A stretch of 64,000 nt of DNA from an uncultured Acidobacteriota bacterium (GTDB taxonomy: Bacteria; Acidobacteriota; Terriglobia; Terriglobales; Acidobacteriaceae): contig CAWDNS010000004.1 in assembly GCA_963803775.1 (NCBI GenBank), positions 80,023-144,022 on the forward strand, written 5' to 3'. Below are positions 1 to 8,648 of this stretch, one piece after another. Positions within the stretch are counted from its first letter, which is position 1, and every line of letters starts with the position of its first letter. The notes beneath the pieces were generated by a model, which was not told the origin of the DNA, did not search any database, and worked only from the letters and a program-made list of their open reading frames with translations. Both the position numbers and the translations under genes were made by a program.

Positions 1-1361
1 TGGCGAAACACACCGCCCGTTCAATCCTAAACGAGGCTACTGAGCTAGACGATGACCAAAGACCGGCCTTAGCTAAGCACGCCCTCAAGTCCGAGCAAGA
101 GCACAGCATCAAAGCGATGGTCAGCTTGGCCCGATATGAAAAGGAAATCCCTGTTCGGCTCAAAGACCTTGATTGCGATCCGATGTTGCTTAACGTCCGA
201 AACGGATCGCTAAACCTTGCGACGGGATCGCTGAGAGAGCATGGGCGAGAAGACTTCATCACGAAGATCGCGCCTGTTGAGTACCGCTCGGACGCTACGT
301 GTCCGCAATGGATGCAGTTCCTTGCTGATATCACTGACGGTGACATCGAACTACAAAAGTACCTGCAACGCGCAGTCGGCTACACCCTGACGGGAGAAAC
401 GGACGAGCACGCCCTCTTCCTGTTGTACGGAACCGGTTGCAACGGAAAAACGACGTTTTTGGAAGTGCTGCAACATATCTTGGGTGACTACGCGCAACAG
501 GCCGATTTTGACACCTTTATGACTCTACGCCGCTCTGGTGGTGCAGCCCGGAGCGATCTGGCTATGCTTCGCGGTAAGCGATTCGTGAAGGCTACAGAAT
601 CTGAGCACGGAAAACAGATGGCCGAGGCGTTCGTGAAGGCGATTACCGGCGGGGACACCGTGACCGCAAGGTTTCTCTATGGCGAGTATTTCGAGTTCAA
701 ACCCCAGTTCAAACTATGGCTGGGAACCAACCACAAACCTATGATTCGCGGCACCGACGAAGGTATCTGGCGTCGTATCCGGCTGGTGCCATTCACTGTG
801 CGGATTCCGGAAACAAAGAAAGACCCAACGCTCGGAAGAAAGCTCATAGCCGAAGCCGATGGAATTCTCCGATGGGCTGTCGAAGGTCTGAAAGATTACC
901 GACAGCATGGGCTGAACGAACCCTCCGCCGTAAAGGACGCAACCGACCAATACCGGAAGGATCAAGACGCCCTCGCACACTTTATCGAGGCAAGATGTGT
1001 CGAGTCTTCGAGAGCTGAGGCAAAAGCGCGGGGACTGTACGAGGAATACAAGAAGTGGGCACACGACACGGAGGAGTTCGTGATGCGTGAGAGGGATTTC
1101 TCCCAAGCCTTGAACGAGCGTGGTTTCACGCGTGTGAAGTTGAATCATGGGATTGTGTGGCGGGGCATTGGGCTGGCTACGACAATTGATTGGCCGGGGG
1201 TGGCCACAAGCCCAGATTCTAGTGAAGGCAGTGCAGTCAAAAAAGCTACTTTCCCACATGGAGATTTCATAGGAGAGTCTGCGTTTCATCCTCCACTCCC
1301 TACACTAACTGCGGCTCGTCCGGAAAACGGACAGGGAAGGAGTGGCGATGAACTTAACTGA
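1..1361 (+). CDS. Phage/plasmid primase, P4-family C-terminal region with D5-like P-loop helicase (5' partial, gene begins left of the window)
   Basis: The frame of the 117..1361 ORF stays open back to nt 3. The protein shows LNVRNGSLNL, FLADITDGD, LQRAVGYTLTG and a Walker A motif (GTGCNGKTT), typical of P4 alpha/D5-type primase-helicases. Confidence 0.8.
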   Translation, partial: AKHTARSILNEATELDDDQRPALAKHALKSEQEHSIKAMVSLARYEKEIPVRLKDLDCDPMLLNVRNGSLNLATGSLREHGREDFITKIAPVEYRSDATCPQWMQFLADITDGDIELQKYLQRAVGYTLTGETDEHALFLLYGTGCNGKTTFLEVLQHILGDYAQQADFDTFMTLRRSGGAARSDLAMLRGKRFVKATESEHGKQMAEAFVKAITGGDTVTARFLYGEYFEFKPQFKLWLGTNHKPMIRGTDEGIWRRIRLVPFTVRIPETKKDPTLGRKLIAEADGILRWAVEGLKDYRQHGLNEPSAVKDATDQYRKDQDALAHFIEARCVESSRAEAKARGLYEEYKKWAHDTEEFVMRERDFSQALNERGFTRVKLNHGIVWRGIGLATTIDWPGVATSPDSSEGSAVKKATFPHGDFIGESAFHPPLPTLTAARPENGQGRSGDELN

Positions 1362-1803
1362 GTTTGCAGAGAAGCACCGACTGAAGTTGAAGCGTGACAA
1401 GCAGGACGATACTGTCATCATCCCCGGTCACAAGGGGAAATCCCATGCGTACGAGTATGGGGAAGGTCTTCTCGGCGTTGTGGTCATGCCTGAGACCGGC
1501 ACGTCTAACTGGTGGACGGCTGCACGCAAGGCTTTCGTAGCGGCAGGAATGCAGGTTAGACAGAACGGTGATTGTGAAGGAGCAGCGACGTTCGACCCCA
1601 ACAATCCGGCACAGGTTCGCGTCGTCTTCAAGTATGCCGGTATCCTCCGTCGCCGGGAGGTGTCTTCGGCTCAAAGAGAGTCGCTAGTCAAAGCCCGAGC
1701 GATGGCACCTCAAAATTTGATGACTCAGACCCCTGCGCCCGAGGCACTTTTGACGCCTAAAAACGACGATCAGGGGCTTGGTGGTGGTCCGGCATCAGCT
1801 TGA
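1342..1803 (+). CDS. Hypothetical protein of the integrated element
   Basis: 153-aa ORF overlapping the primase stop by 20 nt on the same strand. No recognisable motif. The start could be ATG 1342 or ATG 1348. Confidence 0.45.
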   Translation: MAMNLTEFAEKHRLKLKRDKQDDTVIIPGHKGKSHAYEYGEGLLGVVVMPETGTSNWWTAARKAFVAAGMQVRQNGDCEGAATFDPNNPAQVRVVFKYAGILRRREVSSAQRESLVKARAMAPQNLMTQTPAPEALLTPKNDDQGLGGGPASA

Positions 1804-1889
1804 CGATTTAAGGCCGAAAAGTGCCGTTTCTAGAGAAGTGGCGGGCGATCCAGAAAACGAACAGGTGAAACGGGAGCTTCCAATTCTGT

Positions 1890-2064
1890 CCGGTTACTGA
1901 ACGCGGAAATCGGAAGCAGGCAGTCACAGGCGTTCGGTTAACGAACGGAAGGTGAGCAGCCGACTGAGGGGCCGTCCCGTAACTGAACGCAGGTGGGAAG
2001 CGGAGCGAAGGCGTTCGGTTAATGAACGGGAGATTGGCCGCACAAGCACCTGAGACTCGTTCGG
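1890..2064. repeat. Two tandem units of about 85 bp plus an extra half-site; each unit carries ACTGAACGC and the palindrome CGTTCG-GTTAA-(C/T)GAACG
   Basis: ACTGAACGC occurs at 1896-1904 and 1982-1990. CGTTCGGTTAACGAACG is at 1931-1947 and CGTTCGGTTAATGAACG at 2012-2028. CGTTCGG recurs at 2058-2064. Confidence 0.7.
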
Positions 2065-2277
2065 TCAGCCGGAAACTAGGTTCCCCTTTCCGATTTAAGG
2101 CCGGGGTAGGAACCCCCTCGGCCTGAAGCTTCCGCAACCCCTTTACTAGGCGGTACGCGATTGGAGGAGAACATGTGAAGAAAAATCCTTAAGCACGCGA
2201 AAACGCCCATTCAGGGCAGCACTCGGAAAGTTGCGAATTCTGGGGATGCTTCAAATTCACCGCAAGAAATGTAGCAA

Positions 2278-3591
2278 ATGAGCAATGAGAACACGTCCAA
2301 AAACCCGTCTTGCTTAAGCGGGAATTCCCCTCCGCCGCACGGCCCACAGCCTTGCATTTCCAAAACCAGCAGTGTCAGCTCCTCTTGTGATGGTAGTATT
2401 TCGCAGGGACAGTCGAGTCAAAGTTCGGTTGGAGGGAACTTGGCTCGAAGACGGTATCAAAAAGGCAGCTTGTTCTTGAGAGGAAAGAATCCCGTGTGGG
2501 TTGGCCGTTGGCTCGAAGATGTGGAAGAGAACGGGCAGATCACCCGGTTGCACAAGTCGGAAGTGATCGGCACGAAGAAAGACTTCCCAAGCCAGCGTCT
2601 TGCTCAACGCGAGTTGGACATTCGCCTCTCGCGCATCAATTCCACAACCTACCGCGCTCAGAAGATCGTGAGCTTCGCGGACTTCGCAGAGCGTTGGAAG
2701 CGTAACATCATGTCAAATTACAAACCGAGTTCGCAGTCCGGCATGAAGTCCTCAATCAATCGCCGGATCGTGCCCCGGTTTGGTCATCTGCGACTGCATG
2801 AGATTTCCACGGAGATGCTCCAGCAATTCCTCACTGATGCTCAGGTGAAACCCAAGACGGTGCGGAATCTCTACATCACGTTCAAGTTGATGTGGGCAAC
2901 CGCAAAGGCTTGGGGCTACACAGAGAAAAACATCTGTGAGGGGATCGTGCTCCCGAAGATGACACGCCCAGTTCGACCGTGGTTCACCGAGGAGGAGATG
3001 CGGAGGATCATCTCCGAAGCGGAGGAGCCATACAAAACGATGTTTTGGATTTGCGCTGAGACGGGCATTCGCGGAGGGGAGCTGTGCGGCCTTCAGGTGG
3101 AAGATTTCCGGCAGGATGTCCGGCTGCTCTCCATCAAGCGTGCGGCTTGGAAGGGCACGCTGCAAGACCCAAAGACGGAGAATGCCTTCCGAAGATTCGC
3201 TGTCTCAACACAGTTGGCCGATCACCTGAAACTCTACCTGCTCAATCACAGGAGGGAGAATCCCGAGCGTTTGCTCTTCTGCACGCGCAACGGAACTGCC
3301 TTCAATAACCGGGACATCGTGGATCAAGTGCTGCATCCGATCCTAGAACGTCTCAAGATACAGCGGGCCGGGCTGCACGCTTTCCGGCACGGCAACGCAA
3401 CCATGCTGGACGGGTTGAGGGCACCGATGCGTGTGCGGCAAGATCGACTGGGCCACGCAGACGCAGCACTGACGCTCGGCACGTACACGCACATGGTGAG
3501 CAACGATGATCGGAAGGTTGCCGATGAGTTGGGAGGAATTCTTTGCCCAACTTTAGGCAAAGAATCCGAGGTTGAAGCGGCTAACACCTAG
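2278..3591 (+). CDS. Tyrosine recombinase / phage-type integrase
   Basis: The C-terminal catalytic region has ETGIRGGEL (Arg), HAFRHGNAT (His-x-x-Arg) and LGHADAALTLGTYTH (His...Tyr). The N-terminal SAM-like arm region is present. The low-complexity Ser-rich N-terminus may mean a later start. Confidence 0.9.
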   Translation: MSNENTSKNPSCLSGNSPPPHGPQPCISKTSSVSSSCDGSISQGQSSQSSVGGNLARRRYQKGSLFLRGKNPVWVGRWLEDVEENGQITRLHKSEVIGTKKDFPSQRLAQRELDIRLSRINSTTYRAQKIVSFADFAERWKRNIMSNYKPSSQSGMKSSINRRIVPRFGHLRLHEISTEMLQQFLTDAQVKPKTVRNLYITFKLMWATAKAWGYTEKNICEGIVLPKMTRPVRPWFTEEEMRRIISEAEEPYKTMFWICAETGIRGGELCGLQVEDFRQDVRLLSIKRAAWKGTLQDPKTENAFRRFAVSTQLADHLKLYLLNHRRENPERLLFCTRNGTAFNNRDIVDQVLHPILERLKIQRAGLHAFRHGNATMLDGLRAPMRVRQDRLGHADAALTLGTYTHMVSNDDRKVADELGGILCPTLGKESEVEAANT

Positions 3592-3634
3592 CCGTTACAA
3601 TCGAATAGCAAGAATGTTCTTTCCCAAGTGAGAG

Positions 3635-3709
3635 GGCGCGGTACCCAAGTGGTAAGGGAGAGGTCTGCAAAACCTTTATGCGTCGGTTCGATTCCGACCC
3701 GCGCCTCCA
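3635..3709 (+). tRNA. tRNA-Cys (anticodon GCA), CCA encoded
   Basis: Cloverleaf by hand: acceptor GGCGCGG/CCGCGCC, anticodon stem GAGGT/ACCTT, loop CTGCAAA, T-arm GTCGG-TTCGATT-CCGAC and discriminator U73 (a CysRS identity element). It is flanked by an 8-bp inverted repeat, TCGAATAG (3601-3608) and CTATTCGA (3712-3719). Confidence 0.92.
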
Positions 3710-3773
3710 GTCTATTCGACCCCTGCCTTTGAACTGAACGAAAACATTAGCAGCCATCTCTCCGATCGATTCG

Positions 3774-4316
3774 CTAGATCTTTTCGAAGAAGTGGGCAAC
3801 CTTCTTCCCAGAATCCTCGGTGGAGTAGACCACAACTTTCGCGCCCTTTTCGCTTCCCTCCCCAATGTCTTTGCCAGCATCTTTGGCAGCGTGGTCGGTG
3901 AGCTTGAAGGTTTTCTCGGAGCCATCGGCGGTCTTCACCACCAGGGTCTTTCCACCTCGATCAATCTCTTTGATTGTGCCTTCGGTCGCTTTGAGTCCGC
4001 CCTTGCCAATCTTGTCCACTTCAACTGCCGTATCTTCCGTTCCTCGTTCGGTGTAATGGGCCACGACCTCCGAACCTTTGGTCACGCCGTGCCAGGAATC
4101 CTTGGCTGCGTCTGCGGAAGCTCGGGCACCGTGGACGGTGGTTTCTTTTACCAGATGCAACGAGTGCTCGGTCCCGTCGGCCGTCTTCACCACTACCGTG
4201 TGGCCAGCCGAGTCCACCTTCGAAACCGTCCCATGGACGGCGCTCACCACGTCGTCCGCAGCGTAAGCAACCGATACCAGCGATAATGCAGCGACCACTC
4301 CCATTACTTTGTTCAT
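3774..4316 (-). CDS. Secreted protein with an internal two-fold repeat, unknown function
   Basis: Signal peptide MNKVMGVVAALSLVSVAYA. There are two homologous halves (HTVVVKTADGTEHSLHL and KTLVVKTADGSEKTFKL). Confidence 0.6.
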   Translation of the reverse strand: MNKVMGVVAALSLVSVAYAADDVVSAVHGTVSKVDSAGHTVVVKTADGTEHSLHLVKETTVHGARASADAAKDSWHGVTKGSEVVAHYTERGTEDTAVEVDKIGKGGLKATEGTIKEIDRGGKTLVVKTADGSEKTFKLTDHAAKDAGKDIGEGSEKGAKVVVYSTEDSGKKVAHFFEKI

Positions 4317-4367
4317 TACCTTGCAGCTCCTTTTCGTTTTTTAGATTCAACCGAGTCCTGAATTTGT

Positions 4368-5045
4368 TCAGTGTAGCGGCGGCGGAGTCATCCCCATAAA
4401 CGCCGTCCCGCGAAATTTCCCCTGGGCATCGAAATTCCAGGTGAATATCGCAAATCCGGCGCGTTCACAGGCGTGGCATCCGTTGATCAACGGATAGCCC
4501 ACCATAAACTGGGTTCCGCCGTCCGGCCCCGACTGCGAGGTGGGCCATATCTTGCCATCGCGATCTCCCGGCCACACATCGACCTTGGGAAACTGATTCT
4601 TGAGGTCCTGAAACTGGAAGCTCTGCTTCATCGCCTTGGTGTCGAGCAGCTTCAAATCCTCGACGTTGACGATCGCTGGCCGTCCATTCACCAGCAAAAG
4701 ACCATAGTTCGTGTTGGCGCGCAAGGGATAGTTGATCCACGCGAAGGCAACCGGGCTTCCGCCCTGGAAACCGGTCATCACGCCGAAGTCGCCGTGGCTC
4801 TGGTTGAAGAGTTCGCGCGTAAAGCTGACGGCCGCAGTTGGGGCGCCTGCCTGCACCATCTGCCCAATCATGCACTCGGCTTCGGGATGGGAAGATTTGT
4901 CGCAAACCGCGTGAGCGCTGGCAAGGAATTGCGGCGGAAGCTGCCATACCGCCGACGCATCAACCTTCCCGGGCCCACTTTGCGACTGTGCGGTCGAGCA
5001 TCCAGCCAACCAGGTCACTGCGAGTAGCAATCGAGCGTAGCGCAT
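4368..5045 (-). CDS. Putative lipoprotein, unknown function
   Basis: The N-terminus MRYARLLLAVTWLAGCS has a lipobox-like LAGC. It is a clean 225-aa ORF; the other ORFs here are shadow frames. Confidence 0.6.
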   Translation of the reverse strand: MRYARLLLAVTWLAGCSTAQSQSGPGKVDASAVWQLPPQFLASAHAVCDKSSHPEAECMIGQMVQAGAPTAAVSFTRELFNQSHGDFGVMTGFQGGSPVAFAWINYPLRANTNYGLLLVNGRPAIVNVEDLKLLDTKAMKQSFQFQDLKNQFPKVDVWPGDRDGKIWPTSQSGPDGGTQFMVGYPLINGCHACERAGFAIFTWNFDAQGKFRGTAFMGMTPPPLH

Positions 5046-5213
5046 ACTGTTCCTTCGGGAGCAAACATTCTATACCTTGCCGGCTCAGTGCCGGGGAATC
5101 TGGCTCGTGCGCTCATGTGTTCTCCAACCCGTCCGCTCTGCTATACTCAACCCGTTTCCGCTGACAACAAAATGTTTGACTGTTGCTAGTCGGAATCCTA
5201 GTTCCTGATCCCC

Positions 5214-6110
5214 ATGGTCACTTCCGCAAATCCCATACCGCGCCATATCGCAAGGCAAGGTTTAACGGCCAAGCTTCGGGATTACTACACTCTCACCAAG
5301 CCCGAGGTGAACCTGCTGATTTTGATGACCACGTCCGGCGGATACTACTTGGGCACTCGCGGGTCGCTCAACGTCGTGGGGCTGGTAAACACTCTTGTCG
5401 GGACCTTGCTAGTGGCCAGCGGCACCGCAACCCTGAATCAATGGATGGAACGGGTATGGGACGGCAAGATGCGCCGTACTGCGTCGCGCCCCTTGCCCTC
5501 CGGCCGGCTCAGCACCCGCGAGGCCTTCTGGTTCGGCAGCATTCTTAGTACTCTGGGTGGACTATACCTAGCCGTGATGATCAATCAGCTTGCCGCGCTT
5601 CTCGCCGTCTCAACCTTGCTTTCGTATCTGCTAATTTATACGCCGCTTAAGCGCAAGACACCTCTTTGCACATTGTTAGGCGCTTTCCCCGGAGCCATGC
5701 CCACTTTGATCGGTTGGGCCGCGGCCTCTGGACGCATCGACCCAGCGGCATGGTTCCTGTTCGCTATTCTTTTCCTTTGGCAGTTTCCCCATTTTCTCGC
5801 TATCGCATTGATGTATCAGGAAGATTACGACCGTGCCGGCTATCGCATGCTGCCCAGCTTCGACGTGGATTTCCGCTTTACCCGAGCCGAAATCCTCGGT
5901 TTTACCGTAGTTCTGGTTCTCACCACACTGCTGCCAACCGTCCATGCCGGACTCCCCTATCTGGCTGTAATGCTATCGGCGGGCGCGTTCTTGCTGTACC
6001 ATGTTGTCCGCTTGACTAAGTCTGCGTCTAAGACCTTAGCCAGCCGCGTGGTGCACGCCTCGGTGATTTACCTGCCGCTGGTTTTGTTAATAATCGCCTG
6101 GAAGCGATGA
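5214..6110 (+). CDS. ctaB: Protoheme IX farnesyltransferase (heme o synthase), UbiA family
   Basis: Polytopic membrane protein with YYTLTKPEVNLLILMTT and FPGAMPTLIGWAA segments characteristic of CtaB/CyoE. Confidence 0.88.
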   Translation: MVTSANPIPRHIARQGLTAKLRDYYTLTKPEVNLLILMTTSGGYYLGTRGSLNVVGLVNTLVGTLLVASGTATLNQWMERVWDGKMRRTASRPLPSGRLSTREAFWFGSILSTLGGLYLAVMINQLAALLAVSTLLSYLLIYTPLKRKTPLCTLLGAFPGAMPTLIGWAAASGRIDPAAWFLFAILFLWQFPHFLAIALMYQEDYDRAGYRMLPSFDVDFRFTRAEILGFTVVLVLTTLLPTVHAGLPYLAVMLSAGAFLLYHVVRLTKSASKTLASRVVHASVIYLPLVLLIIAWKR

Positions 6111-6389
6111 GACCTGGTCTGGTACTCTACTAGACTGGTTTAGCCTGGCTCTCATCCATTAAGTTGGGTCTCTTGGTTTCCGAGAGTGCCGAACTGCGGG
6201 TGCCGATTCCCAATTCGGGAAACGATGCGATGGGTACGATTCGAGTTTTTCCGGTCTGTTACGAAACCGGAACAAGAGCTTGGCCGGAAACAAGGTCGGG
6301 GTGCGGATATCTCCTGGTGCTTTCGAGTTGCGATTTCGCTCCGCGAGAACTCCGTGTAACTGGCTAAGTTTGCAGATGTTCTTGATAGG

Positions 6390-7214
6390 TTGAAGGGGGA
6401 TCCAATGTGTCCGGGTGGACAGAATCTACGCTTGCTCCGCGAGCAGCTCGGCTTGACCATGAAGGATGTGGAGAACGCCAGCGCGCGCATGGCGCAGAAG
6501 CATGGCAATGACGAGTTCGTCATCCCTCCCAGCCGGCTTTCCGATATCGAAACAAAAGGCGTAGTGCCCAGCATCTTCCGTTTATATTCATTTGCCGCCA
6601 TCTACCGCCGCGACATTCGCGAGCTTATGTCCTGGTATGGCGTGGACTTGAACGCAATGGCTTCAGACCTGGACTTTGTGATTCCTCCGAAGTCTCATGT
6701 GTCCGAAGCCTTGGCTAATCTTTCGGCGGTGCAAGTGCCGCTGCGCCTGGACCCTAGTTTCGACCCCCGCCGCACCGTGAATTTTGGACGCATGGTCGAA
6801 CAGTGGGGACTGGTACCGCTCGCCTACCTGGCCCAGTTCGCATCCTGCCAGTTCACCTACGGTTATATTGGAAGCGAAGATCTAAGCATGTATCCCATTC
6901 TCCCTCCGGGAAGTTTTGTGCAGGTGGATGAATCCAGAAACAAAGTTGCGGAAGGGGGCTGGAGATCAGAATACGAGCGGCCCATTTACTTCGTGGAAAC
7001 CCGCAGTGGACACGTGTGTTGCTGGTGCACCTTGACCAAAGAAGATCTGATTTTGCAACCCCATCCCTTGTCGCCGGTCGCCGCCCGGGCGTTGCGCTAT
7101 CCCCAACAGGCGGAAGTCATCGGTCAAGTGGTGGGCGTGGCCATCAAACTCGGGGAATGGCGCGCGATGTTTGATGCGTCAACAAACTCGAAAGCGCATG
7201 AAGCACTGAACTAA
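6390..7214 (+). CDS. HTH (XRE-type) repressor with a LexA/CI-like S24 C-terminal domain
   Basis: N-terminal HTH (LRLLREQLGLTMKDVENAS). The C-terminal part has S24-like spacing: LSMYPILPPGSFVQVDES (Ser) and TLTKEDLILQPHP (Lys). The start may be 6390 or 6405. Confidence 0.65.
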   Translation: MKGDPMCPGGQNLRLLREQLGLTMKDVENASARMAQKHGNDEFVIPPSRLSDIETKGVVPSIFRLYSFAAIYRRDIRELMSWYGVDLNAMASDLDFVIPPKSHVSEALANLSAVQVPLRLDPSFDPRRTVNFGRMVEQWGLVPLAYLAQFASCQFTYGYIGSEDLSMYPILPPGSFVQVDESRNKVAEGGWRSEYERPIYFVETRSGHVCCWCTLTKEDLILQPHPLSPVAARALRYPQQAEVIGQVVGVAIKLGEWRAMFDASTNSKAHEALN

Positions 7215-7563
7215 GATGCCGCTCCGATCCCGCTCCGGGGCTCGGCGGCAGAAGCCTTGAACTCCCGCCGGAAAGCTGCTCCAAATATACTTTAGCCGGA
7301 AGCCCAGCCAACTGACTTGATCGCTCCGCCTCTTCTTCCAGCTTCCGCAGCGGAGTAGCCAGCACTTCTGAAAGCATCGCCCGGTGGGCTTGCATCAACG
7401 CCCGCTCCGCAGTTCCTTCCCCATGAACGCGAACCAATCCCCAGTGCGTGTAAGTTCCCGCTTTACTCCGCAGCCCAGCCACATATTCCAGCTTGCGTAA
7501 GCATCCGGTAACCGCCCGAAGCGTGGTTGCTTGCAAGTCTTCCAGCGCTGAAATGAGAGTCAT
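7144..7563 (-). CDS. Hypothetical protein
   Basis: 139-aa ORF convergent with the repressor gene; its 3' end overlaps that gene by 71 nt. No motif recognised. Confidence 0.4.
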   Translation of the reverse strand: MTLISALEDLQATTLRAVTGCLRKLEYVAGLRSKAGTYTHWGLVRVHGEGTAERALMQAHRAMLSEVLATPLRKLEEEAERSSQLAGLPAKVYLEQLSGGSSRLLPPSPGAGSERHLSSVLHALSSLLTHQTSRAIPRV

Positions 7564-7668
7564 GGCAGTTACATTTTCCGAACTTATAAATTATTCGGAC
7601 CCCTTAAATAGAACGGGTTGAGTTAACACATTATCACGGCGCAATTCACCTGAAAAGGAGATTACGCC

Positions 7669-7821
7669 GTGAAAAAAACTCTGTTGTGGTTTGCCTCCCT
7701 GTTGTTTCTCGCTGCCCTCTCTGCTCCAACCCTGATGCGGGCGGATGACCCCGACCCAAATTGCGACCCGGTTGTAGGATGCACCAAACCAATCGGTCTT
7801 GTCGCCGGGCTGCACCACTAG
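7669..7821 (+). CDS. Small secreted peptide (50 aa) with two Cys, absent from the supplied ORF track because it is under 60 aa
   Basis: GTG 7669 lies 8 nt after AGGAG (7656-7660). The product is VKKTLLWFASLLFLAALSAPTLMRADDPDPNCDPVVGCTKPIGLVAGLHH, which is a signal peptide plus a mature peptide of about 25 aa containing CDPVVGC. Confidence 0.5.
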   Translation: MKKTLLWFASLLFLAALSAPTLMRADDPDPNCDPVVGCTKPIGLVAGLHH

Positions 7822-7842
7822 TCCGCATAGAGAAATTCTTGT

Positions 7843-7891
7843 GAGCTACCGCGGAAAGAGCTATGATTCATTGCGGTAGCTCTATGTTTTT
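7843..7891 (+). terminator. Hairpin with T-run (terminator or attenuator) between the peptide gene and the membrane-protein gene
   Basis: Perfect 10-bp arms GAGCTACCGC (7843-7852) and GCGGTAGCTC (7873-7882) are followed by TATGTTTTT. The 20-nt loop is large, so strength is uncertain. Confidence 0.35.
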
Positions 7892-8648
7892 GGATTGGCG
7901 CATAATCTGGTTTGCGCGGGTGGCGCTTTCGCTGGTGCTGTTGTTAGTGGCAATCAGACGTCGCCTTTATAAACATTTTCCGCTCTTTGCCGTTCACACC
8001 GCCTGGATCGCCCTGGCAGGTATGGCGGTAATGGCGATGGACTATGCTCGCTTTGTTAGTGGAAATCAATACTTTGCCGGTGTGCAGGTTAGCAACGGAG
8101 TAGAGGCGGTACTTGCTTTCGCAATCATATATCAGATATTCGTCCAAAGACTACATCAGTACCCTGTAGTTAGAGATCTGGGAAGCGCCGCGTTCCGCGC
8201 AATCACGCTCGTTCTCCTGGCCGCCATACTGGTCCTTGGCTGGCTCGCTCCTGGGCCAGGAGCAAGCTATTGGACCTCGTTCTCCGCTGTCATCCGGCGT
8301 TCCATACGCACCTTGCAGTGCGGACAATTGGTTTTCCTGTTCCTTTTCTGTGGTTATTTCCGCTTGTCCTGGCGGAATCGAACTTTTGGTATTGCCCTGG
8401 GCCTGGGCATTCTCACCAGTTCCAGCCTCGCGATCAGTGCCATTGTGTCCCAGCTTGGGCCTGACGGGTTTAGCCGGGTTGAGTACCTAGTGCGGTTGGC
8501 GAGCGAATCTACTTATCTGATCTCTGTGCTGGTGTGGCTGTCCTACATGCTCGTACCCGAGCCAGCCCCGCAACTATCTGTCGGCCCTCTACCACCGGAT
8601 GACCTCGAACCCTGGAATCAGGAGTTGGGGCGGATATTAGAGCCATGA
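7863..8648 (+). CDS. Polytopic membrane protein, unknown function
   Basis: Six to seven hydrophobic segments. The start may be the in-frame ATG at 7884 (MFLDWRIIWF), just after the hairpin. Confidence 0.6.
   Translation: MIHCGSSMFLDWRIIWFARVALSLVLLLVAIRRRLYKHFPLFAVHTAWIALAGMAVMAMDYARFVSGNQYFAGVQVSNGVEAVLAFAIIYQIFVQRLHQYPVVRDLGSAAFRAITLVLLAAILVLGWLAPGPGASYWTSFSAVIRRSIRTLQCGQLVFLFLFCGYFRLSWRNRTFGIALGLGILTSSSLAISAIVSQLGPDGFSRVEYLVRLASESTYLISVLVWLSYMLVPEPAPQLSVGPLPPDDLEPWNQELGRILEP

Larger units (their letters stand above)
1..3600. mobile_element. Right-hand part of an integrated primase/integrase element (P4-like satellite or small integrative island); left boundary is outside the window
   Basis: Same-strand run of a P4-family primase/helicase, a small unknown ORF, a repeat-rich non-coding stretch and a tyrosine integrase. 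It ends 43 nt before tRNA-Cys. No second att copy is visible, so the boundaries are not demonstrated. Confidence 0.5.

Noticed and set aside
3581-3925. 114-aa minus-strand ORF
   Set aside because: It spans the tRNA-Cys gene and the 3' end of a neighbouring gene, so it is not credible as coding.
6152-6601. 149-aa minus-strand ORF upstream of, and overlapping, the repressor gene
   Set aside because: It is antisense to the HTH-encoding 5' end of a motif-supported gene and has no features of its own.
7591-7828. Two minus-strand ORFs (75 and 60 aa) opposite the small-peptide locus
   Set aside because: They have no RBS or motif. The plus-strand reading has AGGAG plus a canonical signal peptide, so it is preferred. 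This remains unproven.
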